Below, piece after piece: positions 8,680 through 22,300 of a stretch of 64,000 bases of DNA. Location of the stretch: NCBI RefSeq assembly GCF_009914755.1, contig NC_060931.1, one strand, 5' to 3'. How positions within the stretch are numbered: the stretch's first letter is position 1; each line of letters starts with the position of its first letter. The position numbers and the translations under genes were made by a program. The DNA comes from the human T2T-CHM13v2.0 reference genome, Homo sapiens. Below the pieces are notes generated by a model that saw only the letters and a program-made list of their open reading frames with translations, was not told where the DNA came from and ran no database searches.

Positions 8680-11600
8680 AGAGTCCTAATTATTATGAAT
8701 TTCTAAAGGCGCAGTAATTATTCACGGGGAGCAGGACAAACCATGGCTAGGCAGGGAAATCGATATATTTGCTATCGAAAGTTCCTGGCTCGCCTTTAAT
8801 GCAGACGAATGGGGGATGCAGCCTCATTATTTTCCGTGGTTAGGCTCGCCAGCGTGGGGCCTGATGCAGCGTGAAATCTATCATCATTAGACCCGGGATG
8901 GAGCGGCGGGGGGGAGTTTCTCTTTACTTACCAAACCGCAACAACAAACAAACAACGACGAACAACCGCCCCCTACAAACACTCATTCTCACACAACGTT
9001 GCCCTACCTCCCTCGCCGCTTGCCCTGGCCGCTGTTGCACACTCCCCTGGGGGCTGTCTGCACCCCCTAGAGCAGACACTGCGGTCACTTAAAGTGCGCC
9101 CAGTTCCTCCACCGCAGCGGTCACACCGTTGATTTGATCCAGAAATAAGACGGATAGTACCGAGCGTTGGCGCTAGGGGTTGTCTATGTCAAAGGCGAAG
9201 GTTGGCTGGGAAGTTCTGTCCGTTTCTCTTGCCTTAGCATAGGAGTCAATCCTTTTCTTGTCACCCGATTCTGCAAATTCTCGCTGTATTAAAGGAGCAG
9301 AGATCTGGCATGTAGTGCTCCATTAACCCGTAGCATAAGTTAGCTCGGACATAAGGCAAGCCCTCGAGAAGGGAACGAATCAGAAGGTGAAAAGAGCGGT
9401 CGGAAGGTGAGGAAGAGAAGGTTTAGGCGCAACGCCTCGGAGGTATTCTCTGAGGCCCTGGCGAGATTTCGGCCTTTAGCTTAAGGGCCAGCCCGCTAGT
9501 TTTCTAGGACTGGGTATAGGCCCCGCCTCCACCCACCGAGGTCACTGAACTGCCCAGGGTCTTGCCTGCTGGATTACAAGCCTATTCCCATTTCTCCTCT
9601 CTTCCGCAGTCCACCCTCCCTGGCACAGTCTTTTTCACACTCAGAAGTTGCCTGATGCCCCCGGTGGACAGCTGCTGGGATGAAACTTGTATTCCTGTAC
9701 AGGTGTCTTCGCAGTTACCTGCAATACCATAGTACTTAGGGTTAACTGAGGTGTGTGTGTGTGGTGTGCATTTGTCAGTGCCTCGTCTTCATCGTCTTCA
9801 TCTAGCTCGCCCCTCCCTTATAACAGTGAATCAATCGCTGCAAAGAAGATAGGATGTAGCAGTTTTAAAATAACCTAACTCCTCCTTCATTGCAGTAAAA
9901 TGATCGCATTTATAATAACATTAATGAGAACAAAATTAAAAATTATGGCCTTCCAGGCATTAAAGTAATAATATCTGTCCTCTTCTCTTGGATTTTCTTT
10001 TCCTCAGAGCCCAGCCTTTTTATGGCATATTGTGATTACCTGAGTGTCTTTGTTTCCTTGTGGTCAGAGACAGCTAGCCAACACAATACTAGGACTGTAT
10101 GATGTAGGGCATCATTTCCTCCCACCCTCTTCATTTTTAGAGGCTTTGTAATTAAACTCTGTGAGATATACGTAACTTACATCCAGTGGAGAGCTCTTTT
10201 ATTTATATTTATGTAGCATGCTGAGAAAGGAAAATTAAGGAAGTGCTTATATTGAAGTAATAAGCCTGCTTTGATATTAACAGAATTGTCCTCTTAATTT
10301 ACTTTTCTCAAGTCTAAAGGACTATCTCTCTGAGATCAGACCCCACAGTCAAGCCTCTTTAAAGAGAGATCCCAATAAAGCGAAAAAGACATTTATTAGC
10401 TTGTACTAACTTAGAGGAACAAAAGGCCAGGCTTACCACTCACTGGAAATGTACACTATGGTAAAGTGCAGTATGATGCAGGAAGCTGAGCAGAAAGAGG
10501 TGACTGGAAACAGCTGCAGGGCCCTACATTTTTCTGCCTCCCTGCCTCTAACCCACCACAATGCATAAATTTACACATAGTGTAACGGGGCCTTCTAGAG
10601 CTAAGATAAAGATACAAATTGGCAGGAATTTTAATACAATTGAAAACCGCAGACTAAAAGAAAGAGGCACTTTCTTCTCTAAGAGGTTATTGGCACAAAA
10701 ATTACGACAAAGATTTAGAGAAAATTTCCTGGTTTTAAAGAGCCTTTTTCATTTACAGATTACACATACACATATACACAAAGCAAAGCAAGGTTATATG
10801 TTTCTATGTATTCACCTCTTTAGAGGATTCCATGGAAAATAATTGTGGAGAATTCTTTTGTTTTCATATAAGTTGTTCCAACATGGGTTTGAAAGTACCA
10901 TTTCCTTGGTAGGAATCTGATACCTGACATTGCACTGTTGTCCTGTTTATGTCAGTGTTTTCAGCTACAGAATGAAAGTAATTTTGGTAAAGAGGAACTA
11001 CAATGGCATGATAGCTGAAATTTTAGTCATGCGCACTCCAACCTCTTCAACTGAACTTTAGAAAATGATTCTTCTCCTTGTAACCTTGTAGCTGGATGTT
11101 ATTAGAGGCCCATAGGTATATAAAACAGCTTATATAAAATTAATGGACTGCTTTACATTCACAATCTCTTACTTGTGAAGCCCTTGTAAAATATTGCATC
11201 TACTTAAAATAGGAAGAATATAAAGTTAGGTTTGGTGTGCAATCAATAGTTGTAAATGGTTCAGTGAAATATTTGATTGTTTTGAGTGAGTTTGACAATG
11301 TAATGGAAATTTATTGTCTGTCTTAGTGCAGTGATATGAACACTGGTATGCTAATCATGGGTTGTCCCTTCTTTTATGTACTTGACCTGTTTTGAAAGTG
11401 ATTGTAAGAGTCCAAGGTAACATCTAAGTACATAATCAAAATTTTAGGAATGATGCATTTTCTTAACTTACCAGATACAAAGAAATTTATGGGTCACAAA
11501 GAAGTCATGGCTAAGAAAGAAAAAGGCCTGTCTAACATTGCTTTATTATTTTGCTTAAAATAATCAACAATATATGAGTTATGTATTGTTGATATTCTGT

Positions 11601-13214
11601 ATGCATTTTTGAATAAGTAAAGGAATAGAGGTTTTGATTTTAGCATCAAACATAATAAAAATGAGGCTTTTTGAATGTAGTTAAATCATTAAAACCAAAT
11701 CTCTTCCTGTTTTCCACAGGCACAATTTGAGGTCCTTATTTTTTTCTTCCTCCAAACAGAAATTAAAACTACATTTTCTCATTTATTCTGTTACATAGTG
11801 TATAGATCTCTAAGAAATGCCATAAATTCCACTATGATTTCCTTTTTTCCTCACTGTATATTTATATTGGGGGAATGAAGCATTTTTTTTTTCTTACCTT
11901 CCTGGACTGAGAATTATACACGGTTAAAAATCATGGTGACATTTTAAAAAGCTGTTCCCCTCCCCATTTCATTCCAATGATAACTAGAATAGTAATATTC
12001 TTTTTTTTTTTCTTATAAGATGACCACTGCACTATCCTGTTAACATCTCCTCTAAATCAGAAACAGTGCCGTGACTTATCAACTGGCTAGATGCACTGCT
12101 GATGCTGCCCAATACTTGATGGAAAACTCTTAAAAGCATAAGCTGGGCTATATGAGACCTGTTATATTTTCTGTTTGAGAAATTTTAAGTGAAAATTCCG
12201 TAATTAATCCTAAGTTTAATTCTAAAGCCTGTTTGCAGAATGATGAGTTGTGATTTGTTGTTGGAACAGCTGTGGTGTTAGTAATAGAGCTGTCTATCTA
12301 ATCTCTGAAATTGAAGATACAAAACAACTTTACTCACATATTTTTTTCCAGTTATTTGTGAATAGTTTCTTTCACCAGGGCACCATCATTTACTGTGTTA
12401 GAGAATTAAATGCAGAGAAAGATGCAAGCCACTGCATGTGAAAGGAAGTTATTCATGCATGGTCAGTGTAGTATTTCTCTGGTCTTGATGTGGAACTTAA
12501 TTGCTATTGATGTGGAGATTTTGCAGAACATGGCAGAGTTTTTGCGTCTTTCACAAGAAATATATAATTGAATGATGAGTGCCTGGTGTTAGCTTTTCAA
12601 CCTTATTTCTTTTGGTTTAACAATGCAGAATTGTGAACAGCTGCAGCAAATAGGCAGCTACAATATCTAGCTATTATCAAATAAATGCAGATCTGGCATA
12701 TGAGCTGAGCTACCACTTTTGGATCTGCACCTCTTGAATAAACATTCTGAAGTGTGGAAGCATGAAAAGTGAATGATTTGCCCTGAGGTGTTTAATCCTG
12801 CCTTGCATTCTTGACTGAAATTCTTCACAATTAGGGTGACTAACATTAATATGTGGCCAGATGCATTTGCACAGATTGATGGATTCCCCCCCACCCTTGA
12901 TGTTCCTCGAACAAGTGGTTAAAAGTGTGAGAGGCTTTAAAGGCAAAGCCACGTGCCTCCAGGTGGCTGATATTTTCCCAAAGACCATCATCAAACTTCC
13001 AGCCAGGTGGATAATATCATGGCACCCAACCAGGTGTCAACACTGAATTCACTTGGCTCCAACGAGGACCTGGCCATAAGAGAGAGCAAACAGGCCTGTT
13101 TTCAGTTATCCCAGGACCTCTGTCTCAGATCCCTCACTGCAATTCTTAAGGGAAGCAGCATTGTGAAAGACTGGCTAGGAGAAAAGAGAAGGTAATGGCA
13201 AAGTATTTCCTTAA

Positions 13215-13370
13215 TTCTGTGACTTTGGGCAAGCTTAACTTCTCAAATCCTCAATTTCCCTACTTGAAAAATGGGGCTGACAATACCTCCCACCCATTAG
13301 AGTTATTATTGAGAATTCACAGAGTTAATGTATTCTAAAGAGCTTAGAAAGGTGACTGGTACAATGCAAT
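13215..13370 (+). mobile_element. MIR SINE fragment
   Basis: tgtgactttgggcaag...cctcaatttcc...aaaatgggg MIR core. Confidence 0.7.
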
Positions 13371-13623
13371 GATGAACTAACAAAGAAAAAAGTCTTGCTA
13401 ACATTTTAGAAAGAAGGGTTTCCGGACCAGGTTCCCATGTGCTTCCAGCACAGTCCTTATGAATATGACACAGAAGGGCTGATTCTATCCTAGGGCCATA
13501 TTTTTTGTTTCCTTCTTTCAGCTAGTTGATAGCTATATAGTTGCTCAGTGCTGCCCAGAAAGCCATATGTATTTAGAGTGGATAGTTACCTTTACGATTA
13601 CAGCCAGAAGAAAATGGACATTT

Positions 13624-13928
13624 GGCTGGGTGCGGTGACTCACGCCTGTAATCCTAGCACTTTGGGAGGCCGAGGCGGGCGGATTGCTTGAGCTCAGGAG
13701 TTTGAGACCAGCCTGGGCAACATGGTGAAACCCTGTCTCTACTAAAATACAAAAAACGAGCCGGGTGTGGCGGCACATGCCTGTAGTCCCAGCTTTGGGA
13801 GGCTGAGGCAAGAGAATTGCTTGAACCTGGGAGGGGGAGGTTGCCATGAGCTGAGATTGTGCCACTGCACTGCAGCCTGGAAGATAGAGCAAGACTTCGT
13901 CTCGGGGAAAAAAAAAAAAAAAAAAAAA
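13624..13928 (+). mobile_element. Full-length old Alu (AluJ/early S type)
   Basis: Both arms, linker actaaaatacaaaa and an A tail. Degenerate TSD aaaatggacattt (13611-13623) / aaaaaggacattt (to 13936). Confidence 0.95.
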
Positions 13929-14504
13929 GGACATTTCTACAGCAACTAGCGAATTGTTTATGGAAATGAAGAGACAAGTCATCAATAGGATCAATAAATA
14001 GATTGCCTAATTGAGATGAGAATCCTTGTGATGTTTTAATTCCATGTGGCAAACACTATGGCCATTTATTAAGATGTGATTTTAAATATTAATTTGTGAG
14101 TAGTATTTGCTTTAAATTACTTTTAACATTTGAGATTATCTTAAAATCTGCACACAGTATAATCAAAACTTATAATAGCCTACTGGGTTTCAAAGTCCAG
14201 GGGCCTTTGGCCAGGGGGCTTTTTCCTATTGAAGTTCATTCTAGCTGAATATCTGAGTGTGACACATTAACTCCCTGGAAGGACTTGTCGAAACAGTTTG
14301 GTGGAATGAGAGCCACAGTATCCCTCTCATATGCTGCTAAAAATATCTTGTATAGGTTACCCTATGCCCCCTTCCAAGGCATTGCCCTGGGTATCCAAGA
14401 AAAGTTCCTACACAAAAACACTATTTTGTTTTATATTTGACATTAGAGTGGGGAAGGTGTAAAGACTACTAGAAAGGATAAAACGTTCCATATTTCTGTT
14501 TATA

Positions 14505-14775
14505 TTTTGAGGCAAGCACTGTGCCAGGACCTTAACATGGAGTTTTTTCCATTTAGTTATTTTAATGACCCTATAAGATGACATGCACTATTAATATTAG
14601 GTCATATTAATATCTTTACTGTTAATATATTAATATGCTCATGCTAGTGATATGGTTGATAATACCCATTTTATAGATGAGGAAATTGAGGCACTGAGAG
14701 TGTGTCTGGTGTAAGGTGGCAAGATTCTATCTCAGGCAGTCTTATTCTTGACCAGGGCTTTTAATCATTAACCCA
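14505..14775 (-). mobile_element. MIR SINE (interrupted by AT-rich TTAATAT repeats)
   Basis: cccattttatagatgaggaaattgaggcac reverse MIR core. Confidence 0.75.
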
Positions 14776-16732
14776 TGTTATGTTTGTGTTGGAGAGTCTC
14801 ATAAAAATATTTCAAAAGAAATAACTGTTGCCTTACATTTCAATTAAGAGTTCTTTTTTTCTCCCTCCTTTGGGCAGATCTTATTTGGGGAACTGGGGTC
14901 TGCCTAAATTGCTGTTGGCACTACTGTAGTTAAGTAGTTTTATTAGATGCAGTTTTTATTCTTTAGGGACTTCCCATCAAATGGGGATACAAAGTTAAGA
15001 AATGCAAGCTTGATATTGATGATTGTGACTGCAGCTTCTGCTCGTGGCATGTGGGACACAAGCATTTTACGAAGTCTGCATCTATTGACCTGACCAATAT
15101 GAAAAATGATCCCTGGGTCTCAGGGTAAGGTAAGAAGCGAGACTGGGACATAAAGTACAACCCTCAGTCATCTGTAGTAGATTTAAAAATGATACATAAC
15201 ATGTGTATCTCTTCTAACAAATCACACTCATGTTTTTTGAATTATTTGCCATGTCTTGGCAGCAGGAGGTGGGGAGAGAAGAGCAGAGTTCACTTCTAAG
15301 GGGGAAACCATATATACAAAGCATAAACTCTAACTTTCCTGTGGCATTTAATCTAATGAGTCCTGCCGTGCTGACAGCTTACTGGATTTAAAAGGGGATG
15401 CAAATCTACACTCTTTTTAAATTAAAATATTTGCACAATTATACAAACTATGAAACTTCAAATCTGCTTAGTTTAAAACCTTACAGTCAAAAGAGTTTCA
15501 GACATCCAACTAACTTAGCACAGGTCTTTCATTGCATTCTGCATGTGTAAAGATGAAGTAGAAAACTTCCTTGACAATATTTTATAGAATTATTCAGTCT
15601 ATGTTGGATCTAGGAATTTATCTATTTCTGAAAAATAAAAGTAGATCCAAGACACTTTTGCCCCAAGTGGAAATCCTCTGGTAAGAGATGAGGGAGGAGA
15701 GTCTGGCTTCATTTCAGTCTTGTACTACTTTTGACCTTGGGAGAGCTTAGTTATGCCTTGGGGCAAAAAATTAAATGTTCCATTTTGCAGCAGTATCATC
15801 TTTCACCTTTATGTGGATTTAAAAATGTAAATAAAATTGCTTTCTGTAAATGGTATACATGAAGGTCATATTCATATTCTCCGCAAGAATTCAAAATGCC
15901 ATTTGACCCATCATTGGCTCAATAGATAATAATGTGTTCTATTAGTTTCTAGTAATCTACTTTTTAAGCATTTTATGACCCAATATTTTAATGCCTAGTT
16001 CCTAGTTTGTGAAATAAGTCAGAAATAAACCTTTTAGCACTTCATTGTAGATTTATTTATAGAATGTGTGCTTTCAACTTTGAACTTTAAAAAATGCCAA
16101 ATCTTCCCAGAATATATTTCCTTAGTTATAAAATTGGTCTGGATGAACATCTGCACTGTGGAAGAATATGCATTTGAAAGATTTTGAGGGATCTAGCTTT
16201 TTTTTTTTTTTTTCAACTATCATCTGTGTTCCTTTTGCTTATTTTTTCTTATAGATCCCTTAGGAATTAGGGTTTAGGAATCCTGATAACAGAGTGCAGC
16301 CAACAGACTTGGGAAGTTAAGTGACTGTTCTGTCTTTCAGAGAGCGGGTGTCTGAATTATTTTTATTGCAATTTGGATAATAAGACCCTGATAGATCCTT
16401 GTATTTAATTGTCATGATTTTGATCGCTAATGACTTTTGATTGCTTCTTCTGGAGACACCTGTCAGCCGCTTCCGAAGCACAGATGGCTTTATCAGCAGC
16501 AGTAGGAGTTTCTTTTTCTTACTAACCTTGAGCTGAACAAATTATTTTGGGAATATGAACATACCAATGTCATCCCAAGTTTTTCTGTCTTTGGAACATT
16601 ATTTTGTTTATTGAATAACGAATTGAGACTGCTCTTTTTCAAAAGCTTTTGGATTTTGTTTGATAGTAAAAAGCATTAGTCTTTTGTCTGAGTAGGTATG
16701 TGACAATTATTCAGTGGCCAAGGCCATACAAC

Positions 16733-16863
16733 TATGGTGAGAGAATACTTCTCTGTTTACTTGGAACAGTTCTGTTTTATGCCCATTGCCTATATCAAAA
16801 ACAACCCTCCTCTTATATTCAGAAGTATCCTGGTTTGGATGATTAAATTATATCATCGTCTTA
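16733..16863. mobile_element. hAT-Blackjack MITE (MER94/MER81-like)
   Basis: CpG-decayed match to recalled consensus, e.g. agtatcctggtttggatgattaaattatat; degenerate TAGGGTGA-like ends. Confidence 0.55.
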
Positions 16864-18780
16864 CATGTGATTCAATGTTCAAATGGCTGACTGAGAAAGG
16901 TCGATCATGAGCTATGAAAGATTGCTGCATAGGCAAGAAGAGTATTTCCATTTCTTTTTCATGATCCTTTCCCCATTAGGCATTCAGGGTCCTCATGGAC
17001 TTGGGTGCATAGGGTTCACCATGGTATGTCTCATGGAACATAGCCCAAACTCTTTTCCTTAAAAATCTGGTAAAATTTTTGAATGAAAATTGGGCAGTAC
17101 ACAGTTAGTTACTGGAAAAGCTGACAGAAGAAAACTGACTGATTAGCCACTCAGATGTCCCGCGGTTTGCATCAGCCTGGTGAAATTGATTTGGTCCCAG
17201 GCCCGGAAATGGAACTTTGTCAGTGATTCTAGAGTTAATAGATATTCAGAAATAAACTGACTCTCACCAGAATACGTTTTTGATATACCCTTTTCTTGTG
17301 AGAAGAATATCTGAAACATTAGAGTACTTTCCTTTCTAACAATCCAATAACCGAATCCAAGTTTTCTATGCTGACAAACCCATCCAGTCTTTTTGATATA
17401 CTCTTTCTTTAAATATGTTACCACCACTGATGAAACTTCAGTTAAATAGCTGTACCATGGACCTGTTGAATATTCCTCCTATTCCCATTTTTGATTTATT
17501 ATATCCACTGAAGGCATTTTTATCTCCCTTAATGCCTTGGTTCCTTGATAGGCTAGAATCTCATTGACAGCCTTGATTTTTCATCATGTTTTACAGCTCT
17601 CTTTGTAAGGAGATGTAAAGGCCTTGGGAGTAGAACTGTGAATGTATGATGTTGATTTAATAGGTCAGATTATTCATGGTGGGGAATTCAAGCAATTAAT
17701 TAGGATCCTAGGCAAAGCCATTTAGGTATGTGGTGGAAAGAGGGGAAAAGAAAGCCTTTTCCATGCTTCTATTCAAATGTTTGACTTGTTTTTCTAGTGG
17801 GCATCCTAAAGACATATCTCAGTTTTCCTAAATTTCTTAGGATTATAGAAGTTGGTGCCTGATAAAGCATTAAAAAGAATGGGGGGTAGGGTGAGGTGGT
17901 CCTGGGGATTGATACTAGAGCCACTTCACAAATCTTCTGTTTTTGTAAATATATTGGCAAAAATTAACTGGATCCTTCTTGGTAAGAAGCATCAATGCAG
18001 ATTGCTACTTCTGACAGCCCAGAAGATGAGTGTACTTCCTAGTTTGCTTTTCTGGGGAAAGTCTCATCAGAACATGTACCCCAGGAATATAGTATCTGCA
18101 GGCCTCTGGCAAGAACAGAGTTAATAATGATAACATACCAGAATTTCACTCCAGTTTGGAAACTAAAATGGTCTAAAAGACAGAAAGAATTAAGTTTACT
18201 TTCAAAGATACTTTTTTATTTTTTACAGAAGTAGTAGGAGAGGGGGAAAGGGGAGAGAGGGAGAGGAAGAAAGAAATACTTGTATTTGTATTTATACTAT
18301 ATTCAGAAACTGTCATCATAAACGTATTACCCTCTCCAATGAGCTGAACAATTGACATGCGATCTTGCCTTCTTAGTCACCGAACATCTGAAAATCATTC
18401 TAAATATTTTAATTGGCAGGAAAGAGACAAAAAAACCCACCCAAACATCAAACATGCACAATCACCAAAAATGTTATAGAAATGCATCATTGGTTGCCAA
18501 GGTGGCTGTATATGCCAAACACGGCATTTTTATTTCCAACTGTGGCATTTTGCAGTGGGGTTGTTTTATAAACTTAGTATATGAACAAATACGCTCTTAC
18601 TCATGAGTTGTAAAGAACCATTTTCTTTAAGAAAATTTAATATGTTTTATTTATTAAACTGCCTTAGAGGAATATTGTGTAGGTTATTGTTGATCTGAGG
18701 ACTAATGATATTGGTACTACTGCATCTCAGAAGTGAGTAATTCCTCTAACATGCTTTACACATAGTGGTTTTAAGATATT

Positions 18781-19338
18781 TGTTGGTTCACTAAGGATAA
18801 CGGCTTCCAGCTCTACCCATGTCCCTGCAAAGGAAATGATCTTGTTCTTTTTTATGGCTGCATAGTATTCCATCTTATATATGTACCAAATTTTTTTTAT
18901 CCAGTCTATCATTGATTGGGCATTTAGGTTGATTCCATGTCTTTGCTATTGTGTATAGTGCTTCAGTGAACATATGCATGCATGTGCATTTATAATAGAG
19001 TGATTTATATTCTTTTGGGCCTGTATCCAGCAATGACATTGCTGGGTTAAATGGTCTTTCTCCTTAGCAAACTAAGGAACAGAAAACCAAATACTACATG
19101 TTTGCACTCATAAGTGCGAGCTAAATGATGAGAACACATGGACATATCCAGGAGAACAACACACACTGGGGCCTTTTGGAGGGTGGAGTGGGGGAGGAGA
19201 GAGAGGATCAGGAAAACTAACTAATGGGTACTAGGCTTAATACCTGGGTGATGAAATAATCTATAAAACAACTCCCCATGACACCTATGTAACAAACCTG
19301 CACTTGTACCCCTGAAATTAAAATGAAAGTTTAAAAAA
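18781..19338 (+). mobile_element. 5'-truncated, 5'-inverted L1 (old L1PA, ~PA13-16 type 3'UTR)
   Basis: 18781-19060 is the end of ORF2 on the - strand; 19061-19338 continues on the + strand through the 3'UTR to a short A tail. TSD aagatatttgttg (18773-18785) / aaggaatttgttg (19337-19349). Confidence 0.9.
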
Positions 19339-22300
19339 GGAATTTGTTGAATGGAATTTTGTAAGAGAAAGTTAGTGGACTGCCTTTGGAACCCAGTAGT
19401 TTAGCAGTGAACTCTGTGATATGGTTGAAATAATGGGTAATTTTCAATGTCTTAGGTGTTCAGAGTTTAAAGGGGAGATAGATTTTAACCACTACAAGGT
19501 CTGAGACAAAGCATTTATCCTCTGCTTTGTGCATCATGCTTCTCCTTCTACAGGATGTTTCAGTTTTACCAAGCCCTTTGTTCATTTGTAAATTTGACTT
19601 GTATTGATTGGGAAGTGTCAGAATTAGGGCCAGTCATGGAGCTAGATGTAGAAGATTTTCTGATGACATGCATTGGCCATTAGCCACTCTTTCTGGCCCC
19701 CACCGTATCTTTCCTCCTCTATGATATACTCAAAATTACAAATAAGTGCAAAAAGCCTCTTTAAAAAGAGAAACGTGGCTCTAGAGGAACATTGGTGGCT
19801 TGTCGTAGAGTTAGAATAAGTCAACTTTTCCAGCAATCAGTGCTCAGTGGAATCCCGTGATTGAAACTAGAGTCCACGTACCTATTGGGCAATATGACAC
19901 TCTTAGTGAATTATAAATTTCTCCATTCCTGGGGCTTACTACATTAGACAGTCATCTTTCCTAGGAGCCACTGCATTATATATATGTGCTCATAGTAAGT
20001 TGTATTTCAGAGACAGAAAATGGATGAAGAGATTTCAAAAGAAGTATGTTTTCTTTGATAATTGCAAAAGATATTAAAAAATAGTCTAGAAGTCTAATTT
20101 ATGATGCTGTTTTTTTCATTTGTGTAGCCATTAACAGTAGAGTAAATTGTGGACCAGAGGGCTACATGTTTGTGTCTTAGATTATCAGAGGTAACCTTGC
20201 AATCGTATGCCACGCCATTATTTTTTGTTAGACTGCCATATGAATCAATGAATTATTCCACCCACTATATTGTCAGTTCTCCTATATACATAAATCTAAT
20301 AAAAGGAGATTAAAGCTGTGTTTGCAGAATTGTGGCATACGGCTAAAAAGAAAATAAATTGGCTTAAATTAAAGAGCAACTTGTGGCCACTTTAAAAGAC
20401 TAATCCTGAGACTTTAATCAGTTGTCATGATACTCCATGTATGAAGAAAATTGATGTGCAGTGTATTGTGTCTTGGTGCATAATCTCTGGCCCTATTTTC
20501 ATCTGTGGTGCCATTGAAAAAGGAAATGAGTGGATCTTTTAATGGAAATCAGGACTGTTAACAGCTTTAGCAGAAGGGTGAAAGGTAAAGCTTTATTTCC
20601 TAGCCAGGACATTTCAGCTCACAAGGAGAACAGACTTCCCTCTTTCTGTACACCATCTGCACAGCCTCGTGGCCTGCATTGCCATTACTGTCCAGAGAGA
20701 ATGTTAATTCCCAGAAAGGATCAGAATTTGAGCAATGTTCCAGCCTGGAATTTCAACTGTCATAGGCTGTTTGTGAAGACAAGTTGGGAGGAAATTGCCT
20801 GCTGCTTATCAGCATCCTCTCTTCGTTGCTTCTTCCAAAAGGGTTTCAGCCAATATTCAATATCAGACGCTGTTGGAGCCACTAGCCTATAAAATATTAA
20901 GTGGCTTGTTACAAAGCACATTGGCATACTTATAATTTGTTCAAACCAAATATGAGATGGCAGGGTTTTCTTCCCATGTGTCCTAGGGGATATTTTCTTG
21001 CCAATCATTTATTTCCTGACCCTTATAGAGAAGGACAATTCTCTGGAATGGTACACCTGATCCTTGCAAGGTCATTAGGCAATTTTCTAGATGGAGCCTC
21101 TGCTCTGAAAATGGGAAGAGAGGAAAGCCAGGCATGGGTAAGTCATTTGATAAGTGGTGAATATGAGGCATAGGGTAGTTAATTGTCTTACCTGGGTTAC
21201 ACGTGTTGGAATGAGAACTCTAGTCTGATGATTTCCATTTTGCCCATGACAGAAATTAAAGCCACAGGATTTTACTGCTTCCCCATCTACATAAAGTTAA
21301 AGTCTAATATGTTACTAAGGAGGGCCTTACCTAACAACACTATGTTTTTAAGGGAGGTAGAGTTCTGGTTTGTCTTGGTAGTAGCTGATTACCTTGTTGA
21401 TCACTGAATTGGAAATAATAATGAATGCATATTATAATTGTTCATCACTATTTCTTGATTCTAATGTTACAATAATTTCAGCAATTTTACAATATAATCT
21501 GTCTATCTCTGTAGAATTCACAGAGGTTGTGGGACCTTGAGTCTGGTCCAAGTGGCTCTGTGTGCTCAGCATGTGACAAAAATGATGAATGGAATTGCAG
21601 GTTTAAGGAAACAGAGGTCTTATTGGAATGACATCTGCTTCTCTTCCAGGCCAGACATGACATATCAGGGGTCAGTGAATCATGGTGGAAGAGAAATTTG
21701 ACAGGCTTGAAAACGTAACTTTTTTTTTGTCTATTTGATTTTGAGCTGAAAAACCAAAACAAAAGTAGTTGAATTTTTCTATTATCCATAACTTTTTACA
21801 TCCAAATCCATAAAGCTATATTCAAATAACTGCAGTAAGAAACACATTTTTGACTTTATGAGCCTTACAGTTTAAGGCATGTTGCCCTTTTATATCTATT
21901 CCATGGGTAAAGTCTAGCTTGGTGAAAGAGACATTTTGCTTTTGATTTGTGTTTTAAGTTTATTCCTTGCCAGTGATTTCTAACTCCATTTATACCACTG
22001 TCCCCACCGCAGCCTAGATAAGGTCTCTAACTCTCTATCCTTCTTAGATTGTCAAAATGGTGGCACAATATCTTCTAAACATTGTCCCTGGCGTCTAGGA
22101 CAAAGAACCCCTAATGTCCACAAAGGTCAATTGAATATTTATGCTTGATACGAGGGTTTTTAAAAACATTGTGTAGGAACTGGGGGTTCTTCCCATTTTA
22201 AAATGGCTTTTAAGTGGTGTTTTCAAACTCTTTACCTGTGGAAGAGGCATTAATTCTTGGCTTTTCCACTTAATTTCTGGTGGCCTTGAAGAAATTCTCT

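Larger units (their letters stand above)
6240..9550. promoter_or_regulatory. Intronic CpG island cluster, 5.5-8.7 kb downstream of exon 2
   Basis: Sustained CpG density, highest at 7430-8260 and 8570-9200, with an abrupt drop after ~9.6 kb. Confidence 0.8.

Noticed and set aside
124-9092. Many 60-120 aa ORFs in GC-rich regions
   Set aside because: Expected from stop-codon scarcity in CpG islands; low-complexity R/P/G/A content, overlapping frames and no recognisable domains.
13545-14052. 149-aa and 132-aa ORFs (also ORFs at 26757-27396)
   Set aside because: Translations of Alu sequence.
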